A DNA stretch of 64,000 bases from Octopus sinensis (taxonomy: Eukaryota): positions 67,518,001 through 67,582,000 of the forward strand of contig NC_043002.1 of the NCBI RefSeq assembly GCF_006345805.1, in the 5' to 3' direction. Below are positions 12,520 through 26,035 of this stretch, piece after piece. A program made the translations under genes and the position numbers. The notes beneath the pieces are model-generated. The model worked only from the letters and a program-made list of their open reading frames with translations, did no database searches and was not told the origin of the DNA. Position 1 is the first letter of the stretch, and the number at the start of each line of letters is the position of its first letter.

Positions 12520-14416
12520 GTAATTTATCATTTATTTCTGTTTACCTCTGAAATTTATTGAATTTCTGTTTATTTAATCCTTTAGCATTTACCTTATTCT
12601 GGCAAATATTATGTTTATTTATTCACATTGTTTTGAATTAATCATGCCTTATCTCATAGCTTTGAGATTTCATCATCATCATCGTCAATGATGTGATTGT
12701 TTATTTTTAGAATGACATTGTAGGGTAAGAGTGAGAAGCTTGATCTGGCTAGTTTGAACATAAAACGAGGAGAATGTATAGGGCTAAACTGGTTTAAGTA
12801 CTAAAGAATTAATTCCATTAGTGATAGGAAACAGTGGTTGAGGGATCAGGTTGTATCACTTCAAGATCATCTGTTACTAGGTGTACTCCAGGCTTTAGTT
12901 TCATCATCATTGCCATCGTTTAACATCCGCCTTCCATGCTGGTATGGGTGGGACGGTTTCACAAGAGCCAGTCAGGCGGAAGGCTGCACCAGACTTCTGT
13001 GATCGTTTTGGTACGATTTTTACAGCTGGATGCCACTCCTAAAATCAACCACTCAGCAGAATAGACTTAGTGCTTTTTGCGTGGCTCAAGCGCAGGCAAG
13101 GTCAGTTTTGGCAAGGTTTTTGCAGCTGGATGCCCTTCTGAACACCAACCACTTTACAGTGTGGACTGGGTGCTTTTAAGTGGCACCTGCACTGACAGGG
13201 TCACAAAGTACTTGCAAGACAAAAAAAATTTCTTTTGAGAGGGGAGGGGGCATTGGAGGAGGTGCTCTTGTGTCAGATGATGAAAGGTTATTGTGAGATA
13301 GAAACAGGTGTCTTGCTTTAGAGGGGGTACAAGGTTGCCCGGCCAGAGAGAGAGATCAGGACTGAAGACAGAAATAGGTTCGCTACTGCAAAGGAAATAC
13401 ATGGTTACCCAACCTGAAGAAAGTGCAGGAGAAGGAGAGAGAGAGAGAGAGAGTGGCAAAATGCTGGGCATACTCACAAGAACAGGGATTAGTAATCACT
13501 CTTAGTTTGTGATTGAATAGATAATCTGTTGAAGAGCCTAAAATTTAAGAAAAATCTGTTTACTATAATTCTAATATGTTAATTTTGTATAAAAACATAT
13601 TCGGCGGCGGCGGTGCCGTCGGCGGCGTTTCTTCTTCTTTTACTTGTTTCGGAGCACTGCCTTTAGTTGAACAAATCAACCCTAGACCTTATTCCTATCA
13701 GTACCTTTTGCTGAACCAATAAGTTACAGGGACGTAAACACACCAACATCGGTTGTCAAGCGATGGTGGGGCACACACACACACATATACATATGATGGG
13801 CTTCTTTCAGTTTCTGTCTACCATATCCACTCACAAGGCTTTGGTCAACTCAAGGTTATAGTAGAAGATACTTGCCCAAGTGCCATGCGGTTTTTAAATA
13901 CACAGTGATATTGTTTCATTGTTGCAATAATATTTAGAATAAAATTTGATAACATATCCTCCACTGTCATCTATTTCACTACGTGGCACCTTGGGCAAGT
14001 GTCTTCTATAGCCTTGGGCTAACCAAAGCCGTGTGAGTGGATTTGGTAGACAGAAACTGAAAGAAGCCCATCGTATATATGTATATATATATATATAAAT
14101 GTATGTGTGTATACGTTTGTGTGTCTGTGTTTGTTCCCCCAACATCGCTTGACAACTGATACTGGTGTGTTACATCCCCATAATTTTGCGGTTCTGCAAA
14201 AGAGACCGATAGAATAAGTACTAGGCTTACAAAGAATAAGTCCTGGGGTCAATTTGCTCGACTAAATGTGGTGCTCCAGCATGGCCACAGTCAAATGACT
14301 GAAACAAGTAGAAGAGAGTGGGTAAAAGAGTATATCATATATTTATTGTTTCTTTTAATTTTCTGTTTTTATTCATTTATTTTTTAATTAATCAATCATT
14401 TACAATTTTATTCCAG

Positions 14417-14493
14417 TTCATGAATATGTATCATCTCATTATAAATTCTGGAATATACATGGTAATTCTCTTACAATAACACCACAAAGCTGA
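14417..14493 (+). CDS. AP5M1: AP5M1 terminal coding exon, (V)HEYVSSHYKFWNIHGNSLTITPQS*
   Basis: ttttattccag acceptor, phase-1 compatible with the previous exon; TGA at 14491-14493. SSHYKFWN resembles AP5M1 SSDYYIWN. Confidence 0.88.
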
Positions 14494-14588
14494 TAACACA
14501 GAAGAAAGTGTAATTTATTGGTTATTATTATTGTTGTTGTTGGTTTTTTTTTCCTTTTTGTAAATTCTTTTACTTGTTCAAATCTTAT

Positions 14589-14594
14589 AATAAA
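14589..14594 (+). promoter_or_regulatory. Candidate polyadenylation signal for AP5M1
   Basis: AATAAA about 95 nt after the stop codon and just before a SINE cluster; weak evidence in AT-rich DNA. Confidence 0.35.
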
Positions 14595-14639
14595 ATATAT
14601 AGTAAGAACTGTTTGTTTTCTTAAAATTTATTTCAAAAG

Positions 14640-15185
14640 CAAGGCAGCAAGCTGGCAGAAACATTAGCACACCGGGTGGAAATGCTTAGCAGTATTTTGT
14701 CTGTCTTTACATTCGGAGTTCAAATTCCGCTGAGATTAGCTTTGCCTTTCTTCCTTTCGGGGGTAGATAAATTGAGTACCAGTTGCATATTAAGGTCGAT
14801 CTAATCGACTGCCCTCCCCTCCCCAAAAATTTTGGGCCTTATGCCTAGAGTAGAAAAAAATATTTATTTCAAAAGCAAGGCAGCATGCTGGCAGAAACGT
14901 TAGCATGTCAGGCGAAATGCTTAGTGGTATTTCATCTGCCGTTACGTTCTGAGTTCAAATTCCACCAAGATCGACTTTGTCTTTCATCCTTTCGGGATCG
15001 ATAAATTAAGTACCAGTCATGTACTGGGGTCGATGTAATCAACTTAATCCCTGTGTCTGTCCTTGTTTGTCCCCTCTATGTTTGGCCCCCTGTGGGCAAT
15101 AAAGAAATAAATGTTAGCACGCCAGGCGAAATGCTTCGCAATATTTCGTCTGTCTTTACATTCTAAGTTCAAATTCCACCGAATT
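14640..15185 (+). mobile_element. Head-to-tail cluster of SINE family B (aaggcag.gagctggcagaa...gagttcaaattcc)
   Basis: Three consecutive copies or fragments with B-box-like GAGTTCAAATTCC; more at about 20055-20490, 21500-21715 and 53576-53795. Confidence 0.8.
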
Positions 15186-16060
15186 CCCAAATAAAAGAGG
15201 ACAGTTTGCACTAAACAACCTTGCTACAAAAAGTATCTGTAAAAGAAAAACCACCTTTGCAGCCCAGAGGTAGACATGGTAGGCATGGATGGACTAATGT
15301 GTCATACAACATAGAATATACTAAGGACTAAGAATAGTGTTCTGTCTTTAAGAACACGTATAATTGAATGCTTACTTAAAATAGGCAAAGTGTCTAAAAT
15401 GCAATCCATTAGAGAAAAGAATGTCCAAATAGGAAGTTAAAAACATGGAAGTTATATATCACAAGGATATTTATTAAATAAACAGGGAAGATGTATAATG
15501 TAAGAAATTTAATACAAAGTGGGACAGGTAGCATCACCATCATCATTTAACATCCATTGTCCAAGCAGGCATGGGTTAGACAGTTTGACTGGGCTGGCAT
15601 GCTGAAAGGCTGCCCTAGGCTCCAGTCTGATTTGGTATGGTTTTCTATGGCTGGATGCCTTTCTTAATGCCAACCATCCCAGGAGCGTAATGGGTGCCAT
15701 TTGCATGACACTGGTGTCTGCCATGACTGCGATTTTGCTTGGCTTTTGATGGATCTTCTCAAGCACAACATCATGCCAAAGGTCTTGGTCATTGCCTCCA
15801 TGAGGCCCAACACTCGAAAGGAGCTCAGCCACTTTTCCCCCATAAGGCCCAAAAACAAAAACATATGAGGGTAAAATATATTGCTGATTTTTAAATAGGT
15901 AATCAAGATTGCATTGAGCTCAAATAAATATAGATCTCTTTTCTGATTTTAGATAAAATTCAGAGATTCTTCACTTGATCTCACCACCTTCTATCTTTAC
16001 CAACTGGGGTAACCATGTACAGTAAGACACCTGTTCCTGTCTGTCTATGATACTTTAAAT

Positions 16061-16407
16061 CAGTGTTTCTCAACCAGGGTTCCCTGGAACCTTAGGATTT
16101 TGCAAAAGGTTCCTGGGGGTTCTGCAAGAAAGAGTGAGATAAGCTAATGCTAATTTCATGATCATAATATTACTATACATGCACAATATATATTGGTTAT
16201 TGTAATACTGTAATATAGACATCATCCTATCTAACCTATTATGTTATCAAAAAAATATAACAACCATATATATTTGATATTTACTACGATGAAAAAAATA
16301 TGAGAAAGATATGGTATATAATTTTTTTAATTTTTTATGCAGGGGTTCCTTGAGACATGTAATTTATTTTAAGGGTTATGCAAGAGTAAAGAGGTTGAGA
16401 AACGCTG
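16061..16407 (+). mobile_element. hAT (Charlie-type) MITE
   Basis: TIR CAGTGTTTCTCAACC / GGTTGAGAAACGCTG; 8-bp flanks ctttaaat/atttaaac. Confidence 0.8.
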
Positions 16408-16916
16408 ATTTAAACTCTCCATCGACTTGCATAAATTCCCTTAATTCTATACTAGCCTCATTTGTGAGACTGAACCTGGAACCATGTGGTTTGTAAGCAA
16501 GCTACTTACCATACAGCCACTCCTACGCTTATGATGGACAGATTTTTTTTCTACAACTGATGCCGTTCCTGTCACTAACTCATAACTGTTTCCATGCTAG
16601 GTAGTATCTCCCGTGGCCAGACATACTCACAGGAGACTGAAACAAACAACATTAATCATATGACAATGATGCTTCTCTACAACCACCATGTGATGCCTAG
16701 ACAAAGGTACACACAAACATATAAGCACACACTTGCATATACATATACATACTTATACGACAGGCTTCTTTTAGTTACTGCCTACCAAATATACTCACAA
16801 GGCTTTGATTTTCCAAGAACTATAGTAGAAGATTGATGTTCAAGCTTCCACTCTGGGAATAAACCTGGCACCACATGGTTAGGAAGCAGACTTCTCAACA
16901 AATAAATTACACTTGT

Positions 16917-16918
16917 GC

Positions 16919-16950
<32 letters not shown>

Positions 16951-17035
16951 ATTTATCTCCCTCTCTCTCTATCTATCTATCTATTTCTATTCCTATCTAG
17001 AGCTATCTAATTATCTATCTATTTCTATCTCTATC

Positions 17036-17077
<42 letters not shown>

Positions 17078-17293
17078 TTATCTCTATCCATCTCTGTCTA
17101 TCTCTATCTCTCTATCTCTATCTCTCTCCCTCTCTCTCTCTATCTATTTCTATCTATCTGTCTGTCTTTCTGTCTTTCTATCTATCTGTCTGTCTGTCTG
17201 TCCATCCGTCCGTCCGTCCATCCGTCCATCCATCCATCCATCCAGTCAGTCAGTCAGTCATTCATTCATTCATTCATTCATTCATTCATTCAT
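16917..17293. repeat. Compound tetranucleotide array (TCTA/TCTG/TCCG/TCCA/TCAG/TCAT)
   Basis: Direct inspection; partly duplicated at 17653-17845. Confidence 0.9.
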
Positions 17294-17300
17294 ATATATA

Positions 17301-17630
17301 TGTCTGGCCCCCGTGTTGGTGGCACGTAAAGGCACCATCTGTTCGTGTCCGTTGCCAGCCTTGCCTGGCCCCGTGCCGGTGACACGTAAAAGCACCATCC
17401 GTTCGTGGCCGTTTGCCAGCTCTGTCTGGCACCTGTGCAGGTGGCACGTAAAAAGCACCCACTACACTCACGGAGTGGTTGGCGTTAGGAAGGGCATCCA
17501 GCCGTAGAAACACTGCCAGATCTGACTGGGCCTGATGAAGCCTTCCAGCTTCACAGACCCCAGTTGAACCGTCCAACCCATGCTAGCATGGAGAACGGAC
17601 GCTAAATGATGATGATGATGATGATGATGA
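17301..17630 (+). mobile_element. RTE-tail SINE family C with (GAT)n tail
   Basis: ggagtggttggcgttaggaagggcatccagc...gtccaacccatgctagcatgga...(gat)n. Copies at about 1085-1560, 2998-3402, 12900-13200(-), 15538-15850(-), 42075-42265(-), 48596-48936, 52712-53032, 54676-54968 and 61912-62066. Confidence 0.8.
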
Positions 17631-17876
17631 TATATATATATCTATATATATATATATCTTTATCTCTATCTATCTCTGTCTATCTATATCTCTCTATCTC
17701 TATCTCTCTCCCTCTCTATCTATTTCTATCTATCTGTCTGTCTTTCTGTCTTTCTATCTATCTATCTGTCTGTGTGTCCATCCGTCCGTCCATCCATCCG
17801 TCCATCCAGTCAGTCAGTCAGTCATTCATTCATTCATTCATTCATGAGCCATTCTTTTAAATTCAGTGCTTTATTA

Positions 17877-18040
17877 CAGTACACTGCAACCTTTTTCACT
17901 TGCAACACATATTTTTTTCAAAATTCAGCACCACACCTGAACCAAAAAACATAACCAAAAGTATAGGGAAAAAAATCATATTCAGTTTACACTGCGGCAC
18001 ACCTAGCATTGTCTCATGGCATACTTGTTGCAGAGCACTG
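17877..18040 (+). mobile_element. Short hAT MITE
   Basis: TIR CAGTACACTGCAAC / GTTGCAGAGCACTG; TSD ctttatta/ctttagta. Confidence 0.7.
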
Positions 18041-19604
18041 CTTTAGTAGTTATTAATGTTGAGTCATTAGCCTTCTACAAATATATATAAATGAATATTT
18101 TGTCTCGTGTGCATTCTGTGTGTTTGTTGCAGAGAATTTCTGATAAGAACTCTCTGCTACTAATGTTTCACAACTCAGGAGGAAACACTAAGTAAATCTT
18201 GATGAGCTATAAAGATAATGAAGCCAGTTTGTTCATTCCACATTCTGAGGTGTCAAAAAGCCATGTAGTATAACCACAGAACCTAACTTCATAGCCAGAC
18301 TACAGACATATTACTGTAATTTCATATAATTTATACAAATTTCTTTCTTTGTCTGCCTTGTTCATTCTCTTTCTGTTTCTCTATTATTACTTTTGGTGTA
18401 TTTTGGTAGGGTCATATTGCCAAAAAAACATATACACTGGCTGTAGTTCACTTCAGTTTTAATTTTTTTTATATTCAAATTATGATGAACGTAAACAAAC
18501 AAAGTTTGCTTTAGAAGCGTTGAGATGTCTTAGAAAGTTAAAGAAGTGATTTTAAATCCTCAAACGCAGGACAATGCTAATAATATAGCCTGAACAGGAT
18601 AAGCTACCCCTATTTTGCAGAAAAAAGTGTTGGAGACCAGCTCTTTTTCTTCTTTACTTTTTTCTTTTTCATTTTCTTTCTGTTTTACTATCTCTTCTTT
18701 CTTATTATTTCTCATCTTCTCACTCTTTTCTATTTCTTCTTCTTGTCTCATTTCTCTTCTTCTTCCTTTTATTCCTATCTCTTCTTTCTTCGTTCATCTT
18801 CTTGTTGTTTTATCCCTATTTCTCCTTCCCTTCTGGTCTTTCCCCTTCTTTATATATTTTTTCTTTACCCTTCACATTCCATTTCTTCTTCTTCTTCTTC
18901 TTCTTCTTCTTCTTCTTCTTCTTTCATATATTCAACCCCTCCCCCACCTTCCTAGTCAGTACCAATCTTCTATACATTCAATGAAGACTTGCTGCACCAT
19001 AAGGAATCTAGTTGTGATGCAAGAACCTGACTCCACAATATTTCTGCAATGATCAGCTCATGAAATTTCTATCGCACATGGAACCAGTTCTTGTGCAATA
19101 ATTGTAATTGCTTCCCAGAGGATTTTTATTTCTTTTTTAGAACAGAGGAAGTACCAGAAATATTACACCAATGGCAATTTAATGCCTTATATTGTTTACA
19201 GGATATGAAATGGAAAGCTACACTGCCAAAATGGTTTACCAAGAGGAAGCGGGAATTATAAGTTCTTTTGAATTTGGTTCCTTACCAGATAGAATATGAA
19301 GATATGAAGCAATAATACTTCTTGGATTAGTTTTGTTCCCACTGTTCTGTCCCCATCACTGTATTGATATGCCACTAATAGTGTGCCCTAAATTAGCCTT
19401 TAGCCCTCATTATCCTGATGAGGCAACAAATGGACTCTCTATGTGGTCATCCTGCCTGCTAGAAATAGCAACCAAATATTCCTCAAATCACATTCTGACA
19501 CCATTCTAAACGGCTGGATTCAATTTCACTATGTGGCACATTGGACAATACCTTGTGAGTGAAATATGGATAACAGAAAGCCTATAGAAGCCTGCGTGTG
19601 TGTT

Positions 19605-19636
<32 letters not shown>

Positions 19637-22600
19637 TGTGTGTGTGTGTGTGTGTGTATGTTGACTTTGCATCCCTTCACTGAGACACCAGCAGTGATGT
19701 TTGTTTACATCCCACATAAGTAGCAGTAAAAATCATGTCAAAATGGAAAACAGACACTTGAGGCTTGGTCTTATTGCCATACTAAAGAAAATAGTAGCTC
19801 CAAAAAGGAACTGACTCAAATCATATTGACCCATATAACACATACCAGCACAGAAAATAGATGCAAAACAATACTGTACAGTACATCTCATTTCTCAGCA
19901 TTTTCAACATGCTAGCATCAGTACACCAGAGTGGGTGTCCATCCATAGAGTACTGCCTCAAGAAATCTTGTCCAACCCATGACAGCATGGGGGAAAAGCA
20001 GACATGAACATTACCATCATGAAGGTGGTGGTGGTGGTGGTGGTTGTGATGGTTGTGGTGATGTTGGCAGAAACGTTGTTTGTCTCCTCTATGTTTAGCA
20101 CCTTGTGGGCAATAAAGAAATAAGAAACGTTAGCACACTTGGCAAAATGCTTAGCGGTATTTCGTCTGCCGCTATGTTCTGAGTTCATATTCCGCCATGG
20201 TCGACTTTGCCTTTCATCTTTTTGGGGTCGATTAAATAAGTACCAGTTATGCACTGGGGTCGATATAATCAACTTCATCCGTCTGTCTGTCTTTGTTTGT
20301 CTCCTCTGTGTTTAGCCGCTTGTGGGTAGTAAAGAAATAGGTATTTCGTCTGCCTTTACATTCTGAGTTCAAATTTGCCTTTCATCCTTTCAGGGTCAAT
20401 AAATTAAGTACCAGTTGCATACTGGGGTTGATCTAATCGACTGCCCCCCTCCCCCAAAATTCAGGCCTTGTGCCTACAGTAGAAAAGAATATTTTATTGT
20501 ACATTAGTTAAGGTTAGCAGACTGACATGTTTACTGAGGCAGTTGATGAGAAGCACTTCAAAGATAACCCAGTTATCATATCAAAGCAAAGAAACAAAAT
20601 GGGTTGGGGTTTTTTTCTGTTTTTAGTGCTAATATATAAACAGATTATGGAACAATGAAAGTGGGAGATGTTAGATCTTGAAGGATTTTTTGTTTCTTTT
20701 TGCACAAATGCATTTCTAATTTGTAATATTACCTTCAAAAGAAAAAGAAATGATGACTTGCTAATTAGCTACTCAGAGTAGACAGAAAGATAAGCTATGA
20801 ATATAAATAGGCACAGAAATGGTTGTGTGGTTAGATGGTTGCTTCTCAACCTCATGGTTTTTGCAGTTGTATGGTTATGATCAACTCAAGGCTATTGTAG
20901 AAAACACTTATGTAAAGTGACATGCAGCAGGATTGAATCCAAAACAAGGTGACTATGAAGTTAAGATATACAATCGCATCATATTGGAGTCAATTTCACT
21001 ACACCATGATGTAGACTGCTTATATTTCCAGCCATGCTTGTGTCTTTGAAACCAGAAGATTGTGATGTGAACTTCTTTATAACACAGCCATGTTGAAAAT
21101 ATGAAAATATGAAAACGCATTCTGGTCACTATTATCAAGCAGACAAGAAGATTGTTTCATCCCTCCTCTTGTGGAGGCTGACGTAAAGAGTCTCTGTGAG
21201 AAAACTCACTTCTCTAGATGTCATTGCATGCAACTCAGGAATTGCCATCAACAAACTTGGAGTTGCGATGAATGATTGAACGGTATGGAAGTCAATCATG
21301 GGTTGGGATTGGTTGTTGAAGCCCACCAAATGATGATGATTAGTCATTGAATCATCAAAGCATTTATTATAACCACATCTATTACTACAACATTAATCCT
21401 TTCCTTACTATATTTCTCTTGGAATACACTGCCTTTATTTCAATTAATTTTGAAAATAAAATATTAGTAAGATAACTTTTTCATTATTAAGCTGGTGTAA
21501 GGTAGCAAGCTGGCAGAATCATAAGCATGCTGGGTGAATGCTTAGCAGTATTTCATCTGCTGCTATGTTCTGAGTTCAAATTCCTTCGAGGTCAACTTTG
21601 CCTTTCAGCCCTTAAGGGTCAATAAATTAAGTACTTGTTGCATACTGGAGTTGATCTAATCGACTGGCCCTCTCTCCATCAAATCCAAGCCCTGTGCCTA
21701 TAGTAGAAAAGATTATTAAGCTGGTGTTTAGAACATAAATAAAATAAGATTTTGAGGAAAGGTTTTAATTTAAATCAATTAATAACAGGGAATTTGTATT
21801 GTTAGATCGAAGGTGGTCTCAAAAATGTTAACCCCTAACAAGCACTACTGTTTGGTCAGTAGATAAGAAATACTACTATGTGCTCAGGACTTGCACTGAC
21901 CACTCTTCACACACAACTATTCTATCTGCCCATGTTTTTCCTGCAGCTATCAACTTGCAATTATCCAAGAGAATCATGAATTGATTTCACTGGTCTTAGA
22001 GGGCCTGCAAAAGCAAAGGACATGACCCCTTTCTCCAGGTTTTTCAATAAAAAACATCGCAAAAAAAAAAAGGAAATCAAATGATGAATAAGAAAAGAAA
22101 TTAAAGGATAAATTACAGTCAACAGGAACAGTGATAGAATATGAAGATTCCAAAGAGAAAACAGAAAACAAACAGGATATTTTAGATACTAACAAAGATA
22201 TCAATGAAAAAATGTCTTTGTACTAATGCCAAAATACCATTTCTGTGTTGTAGTGACAGAAAGCAGAAGGAGAAAAATGGTAGGGAGGATGCAGTTATTC
22301 TGAAAGTTTGCTTAATAAGGAATTTATATTGGAAAACAGAATGTCAGTTAAGTTCAGGGATTAATTAGAGAAAATAATTCAAAATATTAAGGATTTCAGG
22401 ATATTAATGCAAAAGAAAGGTTACAGGAAACTTTTCTTTAACATCTGTAATAACAACAACTACAAAAATGTAAACGAGTGTAGGAGTTTCTGTACCAGCT
22501 CAAGTAGGAATCACATGTTTTTATTTTATACTTAAAAGTTATTTAGGGCAGTGTGCCTTACATGGAGTATAAAATAACCGTAGCCAGGGTGTTGATCAAA

Positions 22601-22892
22601 TGTGATTACTCAATAACAACAACATCAACAATTAATTAACCCTTTAGCATTCAGATTATTCTGTCAAATATAAAGCTAATTTAATCACATTGTATTATAC
22701 AATATAGAGGCTGATGGCTGTGATCGTCTCGTGGTTAGGACCTCACATTACGACCATGGTAATCCAGGTTAGAATCCTGGTTGCAGCAGCTAATGCTGAT
22801 AGGTTTTTCAAATATCTAACCCATGCCAGCATAGAAAAAAAGATGTTAAATTGATGGTGAAGATGGTGGTGGGGATGATGATGGTGGGGGTG

Positions 22893-22926
<34 letters not shown>

Positions 22927-23151
22927 TTGTTGTTGTTGTTTTGAATTAGTCATGTATTATCTTGTAACTTACTTCAGCTCCTGACACTTACCCTGTATAA
23001 TGTCATTCTAATAACAAACAATCACATCACTGAAATCTTCAAGTTACAAAAAAATCTTTCCTTAGATAGGAAACCAGTAGATTGTAGATAACTTTCTCCA
23101 TGGTAGTCATAGAACATATGAGTGGGGATTCCTTGAAGATTTCCCCTTTAA

Positions 23152-23372
23152 CCCTTTAGCATTTAAACCGGCCATATCCGGCCAAAAGTATTCTGCCTGT
23201 TTTATGTTCAAACTGGCCAGATCTGGTCTCTCACACCAGCCTTACAATATCATCTTAAAAATGAACAGCTACCTCATCAAAATCTCCTAGCTACAAGATG
23301 ATGCATGATTAATTCAAAACAATGTGGATAAAGAAGTATTAATTTTGGCAGAATAATGTGAACACTAAAGGG
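23152..23372 (+). mobile_element. piggyBac-like MITE
   Basis: TTAA|CCCTTTAG ... CTAAAGGG|TTAA; related decayed copies at about 12578-12808 and 22640. Confidence 0.75.
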
Positions 23373-24692
23373 TTAAACAAGTTTAAACATGTATCACTGT
23401 CACACAAGTGTTATTGTTTGTTTTCATTCTTCCATGCAAACTTCTCCAAGCAGTGGAAGCGAGTGAAGGTTAGCAACAGGGAGAGCATCTTGACTAGAAA
23501 TTTTGCCTCAACAAATTCTGTCTGATTCATACACGCATGGAAGAGTGGACATTAAACAACAATGATGACAATGGTAATAATAACGATGACAATAATGACA
23601 ACAATAATAAGGATAATTAGTTTTACAAATCCATAGATATAAAACTGATATGAATTTACCCACACACCCCTTCATTGTGTGTATTATTATTATATATATT
23701 GTTCCTTCTCAAGCCATGCCTGGCTCATAAGGACCGGTTTCCCAGTTTCCTTGGCGTATAGGTTCCCCACCTGGATGGGACACCGGTCCATCGCAGGTGA
23801 GCTGCAAGATGCAGGAGGAAAGAGTGAAAGAAAGTTGTGGCGAAAGAGTCAGCAGAAGTTCGCCATTACCTTCTGTTGGAGCCGCGTGGAGCATAGGTGT
23901 TTCGCTCATAAACACACACATCACCCTGTCTGAGATTTGAACCCACGATCCCTTGACCGCAAGTCCGCTGCTCAAACCACTAGGCCATGTGCCTTCACTT
24001 TTATTGTGTGTATGAGTATCTAATGGTTTCAATACTTCTTTCCATATAAGTTTTTATGAGGTTCTATTAATAGGCAGCTTTAAATTTGAATACAGGTAAA
24101 ATTTTAGCTGCAGGCAATGGGCTCACACCTTTGATATAAATGTTCTCAAATCTTCTGCTTGCAAACATAACACAGTACCAATGATAGTATATTAACCATT
24201 GATTCCTATCTACACAGCAACTTATATTATGTAGCATTAAGACACCCATACCAAAATGGTTATGGTTTTGGAATCTCACTCATAGAACTTCCAGGTGGTT
24301 GAAGAATTTGGTAAAGTAACTCTCTAAAAATAGCTCCCTTAATACTTTACAAATAGCTTTTTCTTCTTTACTCTTTTTCTTTCCTTTCTTTTTTTTCTTT
24401 TGTTCCTGGGTTGATATTTAGATTCCTGCTAATAAATCTGCTTTGGAAAGTTATTTTTAGAATATCCTAAAAATATGATGCAATTTATGCTTTGAGGTAA
24501 TAATTACTTAGTGCATTGTTGACATATTCAATTTCTAGATGACTAAAACTGGGGCTTGCAAGTTTCAATTATGTATGCCAGAATATATAGACATTTGGGG
24601 TGTGTCATACACACATACGCACATATATATATAAAATATATTTATAGTCCGTGAAAGACATTTGAGAAGACTACAACTAAACAGAAGGACTC

Positions 24693-24726
<34 letters not shown>

Positions 24727-24734
24727 GTAATAAT

Positions 24735-24965
24735 AATAATGCATGCATTTCAGTAACCCAGAGGTGTAGCAGGTGATGCCGTAGAAATTTGCCTGAAACT
24801 ATCAAATGTCGAATGATAATAATAGAGGTCACCATGTTGCGCACATATGGTTGTGATGCATGTGCCTGGTGTACCCTTATCAGACAGGTAGTCATGATGG
24901 GTATATTGGGCTTCATATATTTGTACACCAGCATCACTTTGGTGGTATGTGCTGCTTTCTCACTC

Positions 24966-24995
<30 letters not shown>
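24735..24995 (+). mobile_element. Retroelement 3' fragment with (AAT)n tail (family E); copies at about 4390-4955 and 25200-25590
   Basis: Shared gcacatatggttgtgatgcatgtgcctg.tgtacccttatcagac...ctctcactcaataataat. Confidence 0.7.
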
Positions 24996-25004
<9 letters not shown>

Positions 25005-25531
25005 TTCAGATTTGGGCATAAAGCCAGCAGTTTTGGGGAAGGATTTAAGTTGATTACATCCATCACAATGCTCAACTGGTACTTATTTTATTGACTCCAA
25101 AAAGATGAAAGGCAAAGTCAACCATGGCAGAATTTGAACTCAGAACATAAGGATTGACAAACTGCTGCTTAGCATTTTGCCCAGTGAGCTAATGATTCTG
25201 TCATAACGATGTTTTGAGAGGAATTCTTTGGAATTTGAATAATTCACCTCTGGAAACATGGTGTTTCATTCATCATCCTTAAACAACCCTTATTCAGAGA
25301 CCTTTTGAGCATGATAGGCTACTCAACCTGAAGAAAATTCTAACTGGGTCCCACCTGCAAGGTCACATGTTGTCTGTCTTGATATTAGATCACCATATCA
25401 TGCACATATGATTGTGATGCATATGCCTGGCGTTTCCTTATCAAATGGGTTGTTGTGATTGGTATATTGGGCTTCGTATATTTGTACTCCAGTGTTAGTT
25501 TGATGACATGCATTGCTCTCTTACTCAGTAA

Positions 25532-25566
<35 letters not shown>

Positions 25567-25602
25567 ATAATAATAATAATAATAATAATAAATACAGAAT
25601 AT

Positions 25603-25766
25603 GCACAGGAGTGGCTGTGTAGTAAGTAGCTTGCTTACCAACCACATAGTTCCGGGTTCAGTCCCACTGCATGGCACGTTGGGCAAGTGTCTTCTACTAT
25701 AGCCTCAGGCCAACCAAAGCCTTGTGAGTGGATTTGGTAGATGGAAACTGAAAGAAGCCCGTCGTA

Positions 25767-25815
<49 letters not shown>

Positions 25816-26033
25816 ATATGTTTGTGTGTCTGTGTTTGTCCCCCCAACATCGCTTGACAACTGATGCTGGTGTGTTTACATCCCTGTAACTTAGCAGTTC
25901 AGCATAAGAGACCAATAGAATAAGTACTAGGCTTACAAAAATTAAGTCCTGGTGTCAATTTGCTCGACTAAAAAGGTGGTGCTCCAGCATGGCTGCAGTC
26001 AAATGACTGAAACAAGTAAAAGAGTAAAAGAGT
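25603..26033 (+). mobile_element. tRNA-head SINE family A, full-length
   Basis: Head ggagtggctgtgt.gtaagtagcttgc...gggttcagtccc, internal (TA/TG)n, tail (AAGAGTA)n; more than 15 copies or fragments in the window. Confidence 0.85.
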
Positions 26034-26035
26034 TA

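Noticed and set aside
25603-25680. tRNA genes at SINE heads (also the tRNA-like segment at 47716-47770)
   Set aside because: A/B-box-like motifs are present but there is no complete cloverleaf, and they continue into SINE bodies.
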